NCBI GenBank assembly: GCA_963732465.1
Contig: CAVSZQ010000005.1
Location: 74,358-138,357, forward strand
Reading direction: 5' to 3'
DNA from: an uncultured Actinomycetes bacterium
Lineage (GTDB): Bacteria; Actinomycetota; Thermoleophilia; Gaiellales; Gaiellaceae
Length of the DNA stretch: 64,000 bases
Positions 37,961 through 46,985 of this stretch are shown piece after piece. The translations under genes and the position numbers were made by a program. Each line of letters begins with the position of its first letter. Position 1 is the stretch's first letter. The notes beneath the pieces are model-generated. The model was not told the DNA's origin and ran no database searches. It worked only from the letters and a program-made list of their open reading frames with translations.

Positions 37961-38052
37961 GCGGTTGATGAGCCTGAACTCTGCGACTCGAGACCTCGTC
38001 GAGCCATAGCTGATACGCGAAGTGACCTAATTGGCCTGACCCGGTCTGAAGT

Positions 38053-40144
38053 TTGAAGCCTCACGCCAGACTCGTAAGGTTCGCCGGCGGGGAGGCGCCT
38101 GCCTCTTGGCCGCGGCCGCGGAGCGTGCCGCGCCCGGAACGGCTCGCAGCCTCCGTCGAGACACTCGACGGCGTCGGCCCTTCCGTCGCGAAGCGGCTCG
38201 CGAAGCTCGGGCTCGAGCAGGTCGGCGATCTCCTCTGGCAGAGGCCGCGGCGCTACGAGGAGCCGGTGCCGGAGAAGCGGATCTCGCATCTCTTCGGTGA
38301 GGACGAGGCCGTGATCGACGTCGAGGTCGTGTCGGTTCGGAGCCGGAGACGAGGCCGCCTGTCGATCCTCACCGCCAAAGTGCAGGACGACACCGGTTCG
38401 ATCGAGGCGACCTGGTTCAACCAGCCGTGGCTCGAGGGCAAGCTCCCGGGCCGCCGCGTCCGACTGCGCGGCCGCCGGAACAGGTTCGGCTTCGGCGTCT
38501 CGTCGTACGACCTCGAGGGAGAGGCCGAGACCGCCGACTTCGCGCCCGTCTACCCGGCGAGCGAGGACGTCACGCAGAAGAAGCTCCGCGAGCTGCGCGC
38601 GCAGGTGCTCGGGCTTGTACGCGACGCGGGTGAGCCGCTGCCCGCGGAGCTGCGTGCTCGCGAGGGCCTGCCGCTGCGCGCCGACGCACTCGCGGCCCTG
38701 CATCGGCCGCGGGCGCTCGACGAAGCGGAGACCGGCCGCGCGCGACTCGCGTTCGACGAGCTTCTCGTCCTGCGGCTCGCGCTGGCGCGAACTGCCGCCG
38801 AGCGCGAGCAGGCGTCGGCAGAGCCGCTCGCCGAGCCTGGCGAGCTCGTCGCCGCGTACGGGGCAGCGCTTCCCTTCGAGCTGACGCGAGATCAGGACGA
38901 AAGCGATCGCCGAGATCGACGCCGACCTCGGCCGCACGACGCCGATGCACCGCCTCCTCCAGGGCGACGTCGGGGCGGGGAAGACCGTCGTCGCGCTGTA
39001 CGCGCTCCTGCGTGCAGTCGAGGCGGGGCGTCAGGCGGCGCTGATGGCGCCGACCGAGACACTTGCCGAGCAGCACTTCCTCACCGTCGACGAGCTCTGT
39101 TCCGGGCTCGGGATCAGGGTCGAGCTCCTGACGAGCTCGCTCCGTGCGAGCCAGCACGCGAACGTGCGCCAGCTGATCGCGTCCGGCGACGCGCTCCTCG
39201 TCGTGGGCACGCACGCACTCATCCAGAAGGAGGTCGAGTTCCGCGACCTCGCGGTCGTCGTCGTGGACGAGCAGCACCGCTTCGGAGTCGGGCAGCGGAG
39301 CGCCCTCGCCGAGGGCCGCAGCCCGCACGTCCTGCACATGACCGCGACGCCGATCCCGCGCACGCTCGCGCTCACCGTCTACGGCGACCTCGACGTGAGC
39401 GAGCTCGCGGTGCTGCCGGCGAACCGCAAGCCGGTCATCACGCGGCGCATCCCGGACGAGCGCGCATCGGAGGCGTACACGCGCCTGACCCGGCTTCTTC
39501 ACGAAGGCCGTCAGGCGTACGTCGTCTGCCCGCTGATCGAGCAGTCCGAGACGATCCGCGCGCGTGCGGCAGAGGCCGAGGCCGACCGCCTGCGCTCCCA
39601 CGAGCTCCGCGACTTCAGCGTCGGCTGTCTCCACGGGAAGCTCAAGGCCGCTGACCGACGCGAGCTGATGGCGCGCTTCAAGGCTGGAACGCTCGACGTG
39701 CTCGTCGCGACGACCGTGATCGAGGTCGGTGTCGACGTCCCGAACGCCACGGTGATGATCGTGCAGGAGGCCGACCGCTTCGGGCTCGCGCAGCTCCATC
39801 AGCTGAGAGGGCGCGTCGGGCGTGGGGCGGAGCAGTCGTACTGCCTGCTTGTTTCGCGGCCGACCGACGAGCTGACAGAAGACGCGGCGAAGCGCCTCGA
39901 CGCGATGGTCGAGACGACCGACGGCTTCGTGCTCGCCGAACGTGACATGGAGATCCGCGGCGAGGGCCAGCTCCTCGGCGCGCGGCAGTCCGGCTTCTCG
40001 GATCTCCGCTTCGTCCGCCTTCGAAAGGACCACGACCTGCTCGAGCGCGCTCGGGACGCGGCTGCGACGGTCACGGACGAGGGCCTGCTCGCCGAGGAGG
40101 TCGACGCGCTCCTCGGCGAGGCTGAGCACCTTGGTGCGTCTTGA
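38053..40144 (+). pseudogene. recG: ATP-dependent DNA helicase RecG, reading frame broken once at the AAA run 38900-38902
   Basis: The wedge/N-terminal part is in the frame of 38053 (likely start GTG 38125) up to FELTRDQDE. Removing one A restores ..AIAEIDADLGRTTPMHRLLQGDVGAGKTVVA.. (ORF 38945..40144, with DEQHRFGV and helicase C motifs). Confidence 0.88.
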
Positions 40145-40205
40145 CCCGAATCCGCGAGCGCGGATTCCGGGTCGCGCAAGAGCTTGCGGCCGCTTCGCAG
40201 CCGCG
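40143..40205 (+). repeat. Family-B repeat, copy B5 (H1 + H2)
   Basis: GACCCGAATCCGCGAGCGCGGATTCCGGGTC .. GCGGCCGCTTCGCAGCCGC, overlapping the recG stop codon (40142-40144). Confidence 0.8.
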
Positions 40206-40318
40206 CGACGAGTCGTAACGATCTGGTGAAACGAGCCCCCAGGTGTGCGGTTAACCGCACCTGCAGTGTCGAGATCGCACCACTGCGCCGACGCGGAGCC
40301 GCTGCGAGGCTGGGGCCC

Positions 40319-40846
40319 ATGGAGCACGCCCTCACCGCACCCGGTTGCGACCGGGGCCTGGTCAGCGTCGAGCGCCTTCGTGGTGGGGATCGCGCGGCCA
40401 TTCTCGAGGTCTTCTCGGGGATGTCGGAGCGGTCTCGCCGGCTGCGCTTCCACGGTCCGAAGCCGCGGCTTCGGGAGGTCGAGGTCGAGCGCTTCGTGGA
40501 CGTCGGATGCTGCGGCCGGGAGGCGGTCGCGGCAACGGACCTCGTATCCGGCGCGGTCGTCGGCACGGCGCGCTTCGTGCGCGACGACGACGATCCGCGC
40601 TCGGCCGAGGTCGCGTTCGAGGTCGTCGACGACTGCCAGGGCCGCGGCGTCGGCCGCCGGCTCGTCGACGAGCTGAGCGCGCTCGCCCGGCGTGAAGGCA
40701 TCCAGCGCTTTCATGCGACAGTCGTTCCCAGCAACGAGCCGGCCCTCGCGCTTCTCCGTCGCGCCGGCCGGCTCGTCCACTCCTCGTACGTAGACGGTGC
40801 CCACGAGCTCGTAGTCGAGCTAGTACCGCTTTCGCGGGCAGCGTGA
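40319..40846 (+). CDS. GNAT-family N-acetyltransferase
   Basis: Acetyl-CoA site QGRGVGRRLVDEL and a GNAT-like fold pattern. ATG 40319 chosen downstream of the repeat. Confidence 0.8.
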   Translation: MEHALTAPGCDRGLVSVERLRGGDRAAILEVFSGMSERSRRLRFHGPKPRLREVEVERFVDVGCCGREAVAATDLVSGAVVGTARFVRDDDDPRSAEVAFEVVDDCQGRGVGRRLVDELSALARREGIQRFHATVVPSNEPALALLRRAGRLVHSSYVDGAHELVVELVPLSRAA

Positions 40847-40872
40847 GTCCGACCGACCCTCGGCAGCTTCTC

Positions 40873-40915
40873 GCGTCAGATCAGAGTCCGCTCTCTCGCG
40901 GACTCTGATCGCGCC
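40873..40915 (+). repeat. Family-B-like hairpin, copy B6
   Basis: GATCAGAGTCCGC-TCTCTC-GCGGACTCTGATC, perfect 13-bp stem, with GCG..GCGCC flanks. Confidence 0.65.
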
Positions 40916-40946
40916 AGGATTCGGCGCGGATGCGAGTCTTCGCGGC

Positions 40947-41480
40947 ATGCGCATCGTCGCGGGCTCGCGCAAGGGCCACGGAATAGCCGCGCCCAAGGGC
41001 GTCGTCACGAGGCCGACCGGCGATCGCGTGCGCGAGGCCGCATTCTCGATCATCGGCCCGGTCGAGGGCGCCCGCGTGCTCGACCTCTTCGCGGGCTCGG
41101 GTGCGATGGGCCTCGAGGCCCTCTCGCGCGGAGCGGCGGCCGCCGTCTTCGTCGAGAACGATCGCGAGGCGTGCCGTGTCATCCAGCGGAACCTCGAGAA
41201 GCTCCGCCTGACCGGCGCGGACGTCCGCTGCCAGGACGCGCTCGCCGCCCTCCACGACGAGAAGGCACGCGGCCGGCGCTACGACCTCGTGCTCGTCGAC
41301 GCGCCGTACGAGGACTGGGAGCGCCACGAGAAGCCGCTCGGCGAGCACCTCCCGGATCTCCTGACGGACGACGGGATCGCCGTCGTCGAGACCTCGGCAC
41401 GTACCGAGCCGCAACTTCCCCTCGACCTCGTGACCACGCGCCGCTACGGTTCCGCGCGCATCACGGTCTTCTCCCGATGA
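40947..41480 (+). CDS. rsmD: 16S rRNA (guanine966-N2)-methyltransferase
   Basis: TRPTGDRVREAAF, DLFAGSGAMGLEALSRGA and VDAPY motifs. Confidence 0.9.
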   Translation: MRIVAGSRKGHGIAAPKGVVTRPTGDRVREAAFSIIGPVEGARVLDLFAGSGAMGLEALSRGAAAAVFVENDREACRVIQRNLEKLRLTGADVRCQDALAALHDEKARGRRYDLVLVDAPYEDWERHEKPLGEHLPDLLTDDGIAVVETSARTEPQLPLDLVTTRRYGSARITVFSR

Positions 41481-41992
41481 TCACAGCGATCTGTCCCGGT
41501 AGCTACGACCCCGTGACCAACGGTCACGTCGACGTCATCCGTCGCGCTGCGGGCATCTTCGACCGCGTCGTCGTCGGAGTCGTCCGCGACCCGCTGCACA
41601 AGGAGACGTTGTTCTCGGTGGAGGAGCGCGTCACGTTCCTCGAGGCGGCGCTCGCGAGCTGCGACAACGTCGTCGTCGACGTCTTCTCAGAGCTCGTCGT
41701 CGACTTCGCGCGCAAGCACGACGCGAAGACGATGGTGAAAGGGCTGCGCGTGATCTCGGACTTCGAATGGGAGTTCCAGATGAACCACCTGAACCGCCAG
41801 CTCGCGCCCGAGATCGAGACCGTGTACGTGATGGCGAGCCCGCTGTTCAGCTTCGTCTCGTCGAGCGGCATCAAGGAGATCGCCTCGTTCGGCGGGAAGG
41901 TGGACGAGTTCGTGCCGCCCGAAGTTGCCAAACGGTTCGCGGAGCTGTACCCGGATGGTCGGCCGGGAGCGCCCGTACCGCCGCGCGAGTAG
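41477..41992 (+). CDS. coaD: Phosphopantetheine adenylyltransferase
   Basis: ICPGSYDPVTNGHVDVI and SSSGIKE motifs. ATGA overlap with rsmD. Confidence 0.93.
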   Translation: MITAICPGSYDPVTNGHVDVIRRAAGIFDRVVVGVVRDPLHKETLFSVEERVTFLEAALASCDNVVVDVFSELVVDFARKHDAKTMVKGLRVISDFEWEFQMNHLNRQLAPEIETVYVMASPLFSFVSSSGIKEIASFGGKVDEFVPPEVAKRFAELYPDGRPGAPVPPRE

Positions 41993-41996
41993 GGAG

Positions 41997-42213
41997 ACTT
42001 CGCTCAGGCTCGCGGCCGCGAAGCGGACGCCTTCAGGGGTTGTCTTGCGCGCCGGAATCGGCGAGCAGCCGATTCCCGCTTGCGCAGGTCGAGGGCCCCC
42101 GTCCCACTTCGCTCAAGCCCGCGGCCGCGAAGCGGACGCCTTCAGGGGTTGTCTTGCGCGCCGGAATCGGCGAGTAGCCGATTCCGGCTTGCGCAGGTCG
42201 AGGCCCCCGTCCC
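41997..42213 (-). repeat. Tandem duplication of a full family-B element (B7a 41997-42105, B7b 42106-42213)
   Basis: Two head-to-tail units of 108-109 bp differing at a handful of positions, each with H2 (GCGGCCGCGAAGCGGAC) and H1 (CCGGAATCGGCGAG.AGCCGATTCC.G) in inverted orientation relative to B3/B4. Confidence 0.9.
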
Positions 42214-42238
42214 ACCCCGCGAGTAGAATTTCCGCCCT

Positions 42239-42748
42239 ATGGACGTACTCGTTCTCATCGACAAGCTCGACGACCTCGTGCACAACGCGAAGGCCGTCCC
42301 CCTCACCGATCAGGTGCGCCTCGACCGCGAGGAGATCTACGAGATCCTCGACCAGATGCGGGCCACCATCCCCGAAGAGATCAAGCAAGCCCGCTGGATC
42401 GTCAAGGAGCGGCAGGAGATGCTCGCCGAGGCGAAGCGGGAATGCGACCGGATCATCCAGGAAGCCCGCGAGCAGGCGATTCGCGAGGCGTCTCAGACAG
42501 AGATCGTGCGGCTGGCCGAGCGCCAGGCCGACGACATCGTCGACGAGGCGAAGCGTTCAGCCCGCGAGACCCGCCTCGAGATGGAGGACTGGGCGGACAG
42601 CATCCTCTCGACGCTCGAGGTGAATCTCGACAAGTTCCTCGGCGCCGTCAAGCGCGGCCGCGAGCGGCTGCACGAGCGCTCGCAGGAGACGGTCGTCGCC
42701 GGGATCGGCCCGGAGCCGTCCGAGCGCGAGGAGCTCGAGCGGCTGTAG
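42239..42748 (+). CDS. Conserved coiled-coil protein (ATP-synthase-b/V-ATPase-G-like annotation class)
   Basis: 169-aa charged helical sequence (EIKQARWIVKERQEMLAEAKRECDRIIQEAREQAIREA). Function unknown. Confidence 0.6.
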   Translation: MDVLVLIDKLDDLVHNAKAVPLTDQVRLDREEIYEILDQMRATIPEEIKQARWIVKERQEMLAEAKRECDRIIQEAREQAIREASQTEIVRLAERQADDIVDEAKRSARETRLEMEDWADSILSTLEVNLDKFLGAVKRGRERLHERSQETVVAGIGPEPSEREELERL

Positions 42749-42751
42749 TAC

Positions 42752-43690
42752 CTAGGCCGCGGCGGGCTCTTCCGAGAGGTCGCGGCAGACCGAGATCGCC
42801 GACTCGACGAACGCCTCGGCCGCCGGGCTGCGGTGCCGGTCGCGGTGCCAGAGGAGCACGATGACGCGCGGCGGGACGCGACCTTGGAGGTCGATGACCT
42901 CGATGCTCGGGTCCTCCTCGTCGACCGTCAGCCGCGGGGCGACGCTGACCCCGACTCCGGCGCCGACGAGCCCCTGGACGGTGCCGTTGTTGTCGGAGCG
43001 AAAGACGACGTTCGGCTGGCGCCCGGCCGAGGCGAGGTTCGCCTCCATCTCCGCCGTCGAGGCGCAATGGTTGAACCCGATGAGCGGCTGCATGGCGATC
43101 TCCTTGAGCGTCGGCGTGCGCTTGAGCGCCGCGAGGGGCGACCCTGCGGGCACGACGAGCACGTAGGGATCGGTCAGGAGCTCGACGGCCTCATACGTGT
43201 CGAGCTCGACCGGCAGCGCCCAGAAAGTCAGATCGAGCTCGCCGCGCTCGACCATGTCCAGGAGCTCCTGCTCGTGCAGCGACTCGCGGAGCAGCACCTC
43301 CACTTGCGGATGGGACTCCGAGAAACTGCGCAGCAGCGTCGGGATGATGCGCGTGCCGACGCTCTGGAAAGTCCCGACCCGGAGCCGACCCGCGTCGCCC
43401 GCCTCGAGCGCCTTCATGTCCGCCTTTGCGGCGAGGAGTCGAGCCTGAATCGCGTCCGCGTGACGCAGCAAGACCGTCCCGGCCTCGGTCAGCGAGACGG
43501 GGCGGGGGCCGCCCGGACGCTCCACGAGCTTGAGCCCGACGATGCGCTCGAGGGCCGCGATCTGCTGCGAGACGGCCGACTGCGTGTAGCCGAGGCGCTC
43601 GGCCGCACGGCCGAATGAGCCCTCGTCGGCAATGGTCTTCAGCGCCACGAGGTGGCGCAGGTCGAGGCCGAGCCAGCGATCAGGTTCCAT
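42752..43690 (-). CDS. LysR-family transcriptional regulator
   Basis: N-terminal HTH (LRHLVALKTIADEGSFGRAAERLGYTQSAVSQQIAALE) plus a substrate-binding domain. Confidence 0.9.
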   Translation of the reverse strand: MEPDRWLGLDLRHLVALKTIADEGSFGRAAERLGYTQSAVSQQIAALERIVGLKLVERPGGPRPVSLTEAGTVLLRHADAIQARLLAAKADMKALEAGDAGRLRVGTFQSVGTRIIPTLLRSFSESHPQVEVLLRESLHEQELLDMVERGELDLTFWALPVELDTYEAVELLTDPYVLVVPAGSPLAALKRTPTLKEIAMQPLIGFNHCASTAEMEANLASAGRQPNVVFRSDNNGTVQGLVGAGVGVSVAPRLTVDEEDPSIEVIDLQGRVPPRVIVLLWHRDRHRSPAAEAFVESAISVCRDLSEEPAAA

Positions 43691-43980
43691 GATGGAAGAG
43701 TATCAACGGAGCAGCGGCGCTAATGAAGTTACCGGGGGCACGACCGCGCTAGATGGTTGATGCCATGAGATTCGCCGACTCCGGGGCGCGAGCTGGCCGC
43801 TCGGGGGCGCGGCGGGAGAGCGGCGGCGAGGCTGGAGCCTCGGTGCCGCTCTCACGGCGCGAAGCGCACGCTCTGACTGAAGACGTGAAACGGCTTCAGT
43901 CAGAGCGGAAGCGGCCCCGACGCGCCAGATCGCGCATCCGGACGCGCGAGATCGAGGCATCAGCCATCTACGCTCCAGGC

Positions 43981-44490
43981 ATGACCTCAATCGATCTACG
44001 CCGTCTACGCCTGCGCCCAGGCGAGGTTCGCCGTGAGCACGTCGAGGTCGAGCCCGAGCCGTTCTTGCTCGGCGGCCAGCGCTACGAAGCGCATCCCGAG
44101 ACCCTTCCGGTCGACGTCGACGTCACGCAGGCCTCGGGCGCGTCGGTCTTCGACATGCGCCTGCACGCGAAGCTCGCCGGGCCGTGCATGCGCTGCCTCG
44201 GCTATGCGGAGCTCGAGGTGGACACGAAGGCGCGCGAGTTCCACGACCCGTCCGCGCCGCCCGGCGACGCGCTTCGCTCGGACTACGTGATCGAGGACAG
44301 GCTCGAAGTCGGTGCGTGGGCGCGCGACGCGATTGCACTCGCAAGCCCGGAGCAGATCGTGTGCCGGCCCGAGTGCGCGGGGCTGTGCCCAGTGTGTGGG
44401 AAAGACCTGAACGTGGAGCCGCATGAGCACGCGGAGGAGCGGATCGACCCGCGCTGGGCAGCGCTCGAGAGCCTTCGCGACCAGCTCTAA
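43981..44490 (+). CDS. yceD: YceD/DUF177-family protein (large-subunit rRNA accumulation protein)
   Basis: CMRC .. CRPECAGLCPVCG .. DPRWAALESL C-terminal pattern typical of the family. Confidence 0.85.
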   Translation: MTSIDLRRLRLRPGEVRREHVEVEPEPFLLGGQRYEAHPETLPVDVDVTQASGASVFDMRLHAKLAGPCMRCLGYAELEVDTKAREFHDPSAPPGDALRSDYVIEDRLEVGAWARDAIALASPEQIVCRPECAGLCPVCGKDLNVEPHEHAEERIDPRWAALESLRDQL

Positions 44491-44494
44491 GTTG

Positions 44495-44594
44495 TGCGCA
44501 AGACCGGAATCCCCGAGTGGGAATTCCGGTCGCGCGGAAGAGGAAAGGACCGTAAAGCGCGCGCCGCTTCGCGGCCGCGGTCGCTCCGTTTCAC
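44495..44594 (+). repeat. Family-B repeat, copy B8 (long form, H1 + H2)
   Basis: The first 47 nt are identical to copy B10 at 50188, and the rest is highly similar. TGCGCAAGACCGGAATCCCCGAGTGGGAATTCCGGTCGCGCGGAAGAG... Confidence 0.9.
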
Positions 44595-44610
44595 GTCAAG
44601 CGACTACTCC

Positions 44611-45585
44611 TTAGTCCCGAAACAAGACGCTGATGCTCTCGCGTCGATGGATCCGCCCGATGGCCTCCGCGAAAAGCGGCGCGACGGAGACGACCGTCAC
44701 CTTCCCCGACAGTTCGACGGGCTGTGTCTCGATCGAGTCCGTGGCGATCAAGCGCTCGATCGGGCTGCGCTCGAGCCGCTCCATCGATCCCTCCGCAAAG
44801 ACTCCGTGCGTGACGACGGCTGTGACGGAGCGGGCGCCGCGCGCGACGAGCTGCTCGGCGGCCTCGACGAGCGTGCCGCCACTGATCGTGAAGTCGTCGA
44901 CGACGACGGCGTCGCGATCCGCCACCTCGCCGATGATCTCGACGAGCTCGGCCGTCTCGCCGTGACCCCTTCGAACCTTGTCGGCGATTGCGAGTGGCGC
45001 TCCGAGCCGATGCGCGAATCGCCTGGCCCGCTTCGCGAACCCGGCATCGGGAGAAACGACCACAGGATCTCGCAGGTCTGCGTCCTCGATCGCGCGGCAG
45101 AGGTAGGGCAGCGCGTAGAGGTCGTCCACGGGCACTCGGAAGAAGCCCTGGATCTGCGGCGCGTGCAGGTCCAGCGTGACGACTCGGTCGGCGCCTGCCG
45201 CCTCGATCGCGTCGGCGCAGACGCGTGCGCGTATCGAGACTCGCGGCTCGTCCTTCTTGTCTCCCTTGGCGTAGCTGAAGTACGGAACGATCACCGTGAC
45301 CGACGCAGCGCTGGCACGCGAGAACGCGTCGATCCAGAACAGGAGCTCCATGAAGTTCGCATTCGTCGGAAAGACCGTCGACTGCACCAGGTAGACGCTT
45401 CGCCCGCGCACGTTCTCGAGCACCCGCACGAACAGCGTTCCCTCAGAGAAGCGCACCACCTCGCCCGCGCTGATCTCAACGCCGAGCTCGCGGCAGATCG
45501 CGGCCGTCAGGCGAGGGCTTGCGCTGCCCGCGAAGATCAACGGATCCTCGTCGTCCGGTCGACGTCGTCGGCGCAGAAAGCTCAT
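44611..45585 (-). CDS. prs: Ribose-phosphate pyrophosphokinase
   Basis: Full-length Prs-like sequence (IFAGSASPRLTAAIC..; DLHAPQIQGFF; VVVDDFTISGGTL). An alternative ATG lies at 45606. Confidence 0.9.
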   Translation of the reverse strand: MSFLRRRRRPDDEDPLIFAGSASPRLTAAICRELGVEISAGEVVRFSEGTLFVRVLENVRGRSVYLVQSTVFPTNANFMELLFWIDAFSRASAASVTVIVPYFSYAKGDKKDEPRVSIRARVCADAIEAAGADRVVTLDLHAPQIQGFFRVPVDDLYALPYLCRAIEDADLRDPVVVSPDAGFAKRARRFAHRLGAPLAIADKVRRGHGETAELVEIIGEVADRDAVVVDDFTISGGTLVEAAEQLVARGARSVTAVVTHGVFAEGSMERLERSPIERLIATDSIETQPVELSGKVTVVSVAPLFAEAIGRIHRRESISVLFRD

Positions 45586-45639
45586 CTCGACCGCGGGTAC
45601 TAACACACGACGAGCTCCGAACAGGTCGGACCCTCGGGG

Positions 45640-45684
45640 CAGCCTGCCTCGCCCCCGGGCGGCTCGAGGGGGCGAGGCAAGCTG
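45640..45684 (-). terminator. Long stem-loop downstream of gene 45713..46864
   Basis: CAGCCTGCCTCGCCCCC - 11 nt - GGGGGCGAGGCAAGCTG (17 bp, one mismatch). Shares the GGGCGAGGC core with hairpins at 9403 and 56979. Confidence 0.55.
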
Positions 45685-45712
45685 TTCGCGCGGGTCGGCC
45701 GCCGCCGTTTCC

Positions 45713-46864
45713 TCAGACCCGCGCGGTCCGCACCTGCACGAGCCGGTATCCCGCGACGCCGCCGAGCGCCGGGTCGCCGGAGCGGTACGCCTTGACGAAG
45801 AACTGCACGTTCCCCTGCTTGCGGAGTGGGAACGAGCCGAGCGGCTGGACGCGGAACGTGACCCAGCCGTCCATCGTCGTCACGAGGCGGCCTCCGCTCG
45901 TGACCCTCGGCGTCGAGCGCGCGAACACAACCGCGTCGCGGACGAGATAGCCGCGCGTGTCCTTCACGCGGACTCGGATGGTCAACGCCTGCTGCCGGCT
46001 CTTGACCGGGTTCGGCGAGAAGCCGACCTGCGAGACGATGAGGCGCTGGTCGGCCGGGACGCTTGCAACCGGGATCGAGACCTCGCCCGAGGGCAACTTG
46101 ACCGCTCCTGCGGGAAGCGGGACGGCGACGACTGCCGACTCGCCGGAGATCGCGGTCGCGGAGCCGATCGCGTTGCGTCCCGTGACGTTGACGCGCACCT
46201 TGTGGCCGACGTCGGCCGAGGTCAGCCGGTAGCTCCGCCCGGTGGCGCCCGCGATAGCCGCGCACTCGCCGCCTGCGTTGTTGCAGCGCAGCCACTGGTA
46301 CGAGAACGAGATCGGTTGCCGCCCGACCCACGTGCCGGGCTGCACCGTCTCAACCGTGCCCACGAGCGCCGAACCGGTGACGAGCGGGATCGCCGTGTTC
46401 ACGGGCGGCCCCACCACGACAGGGGTCGGATTCGACGCGACCGTCGTCGAGCCCTCGGCGTTCGTCGCCGTTACGCGAGCCCGGAGCCGCGAGCCGACGT
46501 CCGCGCTCGCGATGTCGTACCGCGAACGCGTCGCGCCGATGATCAGGCCGCAGTCGCTCCCGTCGGGGCGTCCGCCGCTGGGCCCGCAGCGCACCCACCG
46601 GAACTCGTACGAGATCGGCTCGGTGCCGGTCCAGCGTCCGCGCGAGGTCGTAAGCGCCCGACCTTGCTCGGCTCGGCCGTCGATGTCCGGTTCGCCGGTG
46701 TTGGCCGGCTTCGCCGTCGGTGCCGCGCTTCCGTGACCGGCCAGGGCCACGAACGCCGCCAGGCCGACAAGGAGCCCCATGGCGGTCAATGAGATACGTA
46801 CGCCGCAGACACGGGTGGTCGAAGGCATGTCCGTCCCTCCTCCTTCGTTTGTGTCGTCCTTCAC
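45713..46864 (-). CDS. Secreted protein with two Ig-like repeats (G-W-G..P..Y.FRW.RC..G..C..I.GAT...Y....D.G...R..VTA.N) and a conserved C-terminal domain
   Basis: Signal/anchor LLVGLAAFVALAGHGSA. Internal repeats and paralogy to 46986..48179 are visible in the translations. Confidence 0.8.
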   Translation of the reverse strand: MKDDTNEGGGTDMPSTTRVCGVRISLTAMGLLVGLAAFVALAGHGSAAPTAKPANTGEPDIDGRAEQGRALTTSRGRWTGTEPISYEFRWVRCGPSGGRPDGSDCGLIIGATRSRYDIASADVGSRLRARVTATNAEGSTTVASNPTPVVVGPPVNTAIPLVTGSALVGTVETVQPGTWVGRQPISFSYQWLRCNNAGGECAAIAGATGRSYRLTSADVGHKVRVNVTGRNAIGSATAISGESAVVAVPLPAGAVKLPSGEVSIPVASVPADQRLIVSQVGFSPNPVKSRQQALTIRVRVKDTRGYLVRDAVVFARSTPRVTSGGRLVTTMDGWVTFRVQPLGSFPLRKQGNVQFFVKAYRSGDPALGGVAGYRLVQVRTARV

Positions 46865-46933
46865 TTATGACGTGCCGCGGCGCCGGTAGTGCACGGTCTT
46901 GCGAAACCCTCACGAGGCCCAAACGGACCGCAA

Positions 46934-46969
46934 ACGAAAGAGGGCGGCCTCTCGACCGCCCTCTTTCGT
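46934..46969 (-). terminator. Intrinsic terminator between the two paralogous secreted-protein genes
   Basis: ACGAAAGAGGGCGG-8 nt-CCGCCCTCTTTCGT, 14-bp stem followed on the minus strand by a U-containing tail. Confidence 0.7.
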
Positions 46970-46985
46970 CGTGTGCGCCCCTCCC

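Larger units (their letters stand above)
30967..38050. other. Lower-GC accessory island inserted between degV and recG
   Basis: Interrupts the conserved yloV-degV/recG neighbourhood. Visibly more A/T, with an AT-rich divergent control region at 32611-32695. All five genes are non-housekeeping and frame-disrupted. No integrase or tRNA. Confidence 0.7.

Noticed and set aside
30963-37964. 8-bp direct repeat CTGAGCGG at both island edges (30963-30970 and 37957-37964) as a target-site duplication or att core
   Set aside because: Both copies simply include a TGA stop codon. An 8-mer match between two ~100-bp windows is not far from chance expectation. No integrase or tRNA supports an att site.
38025-38075. 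Degenerate family-A hairpin at the right island border (GGCCTGACCC..TGAAGCCTCAC)
   Set aside because: Only short word matches to the family-A consensus, and no convincing stem. Possibly a remnant, but not supportable.
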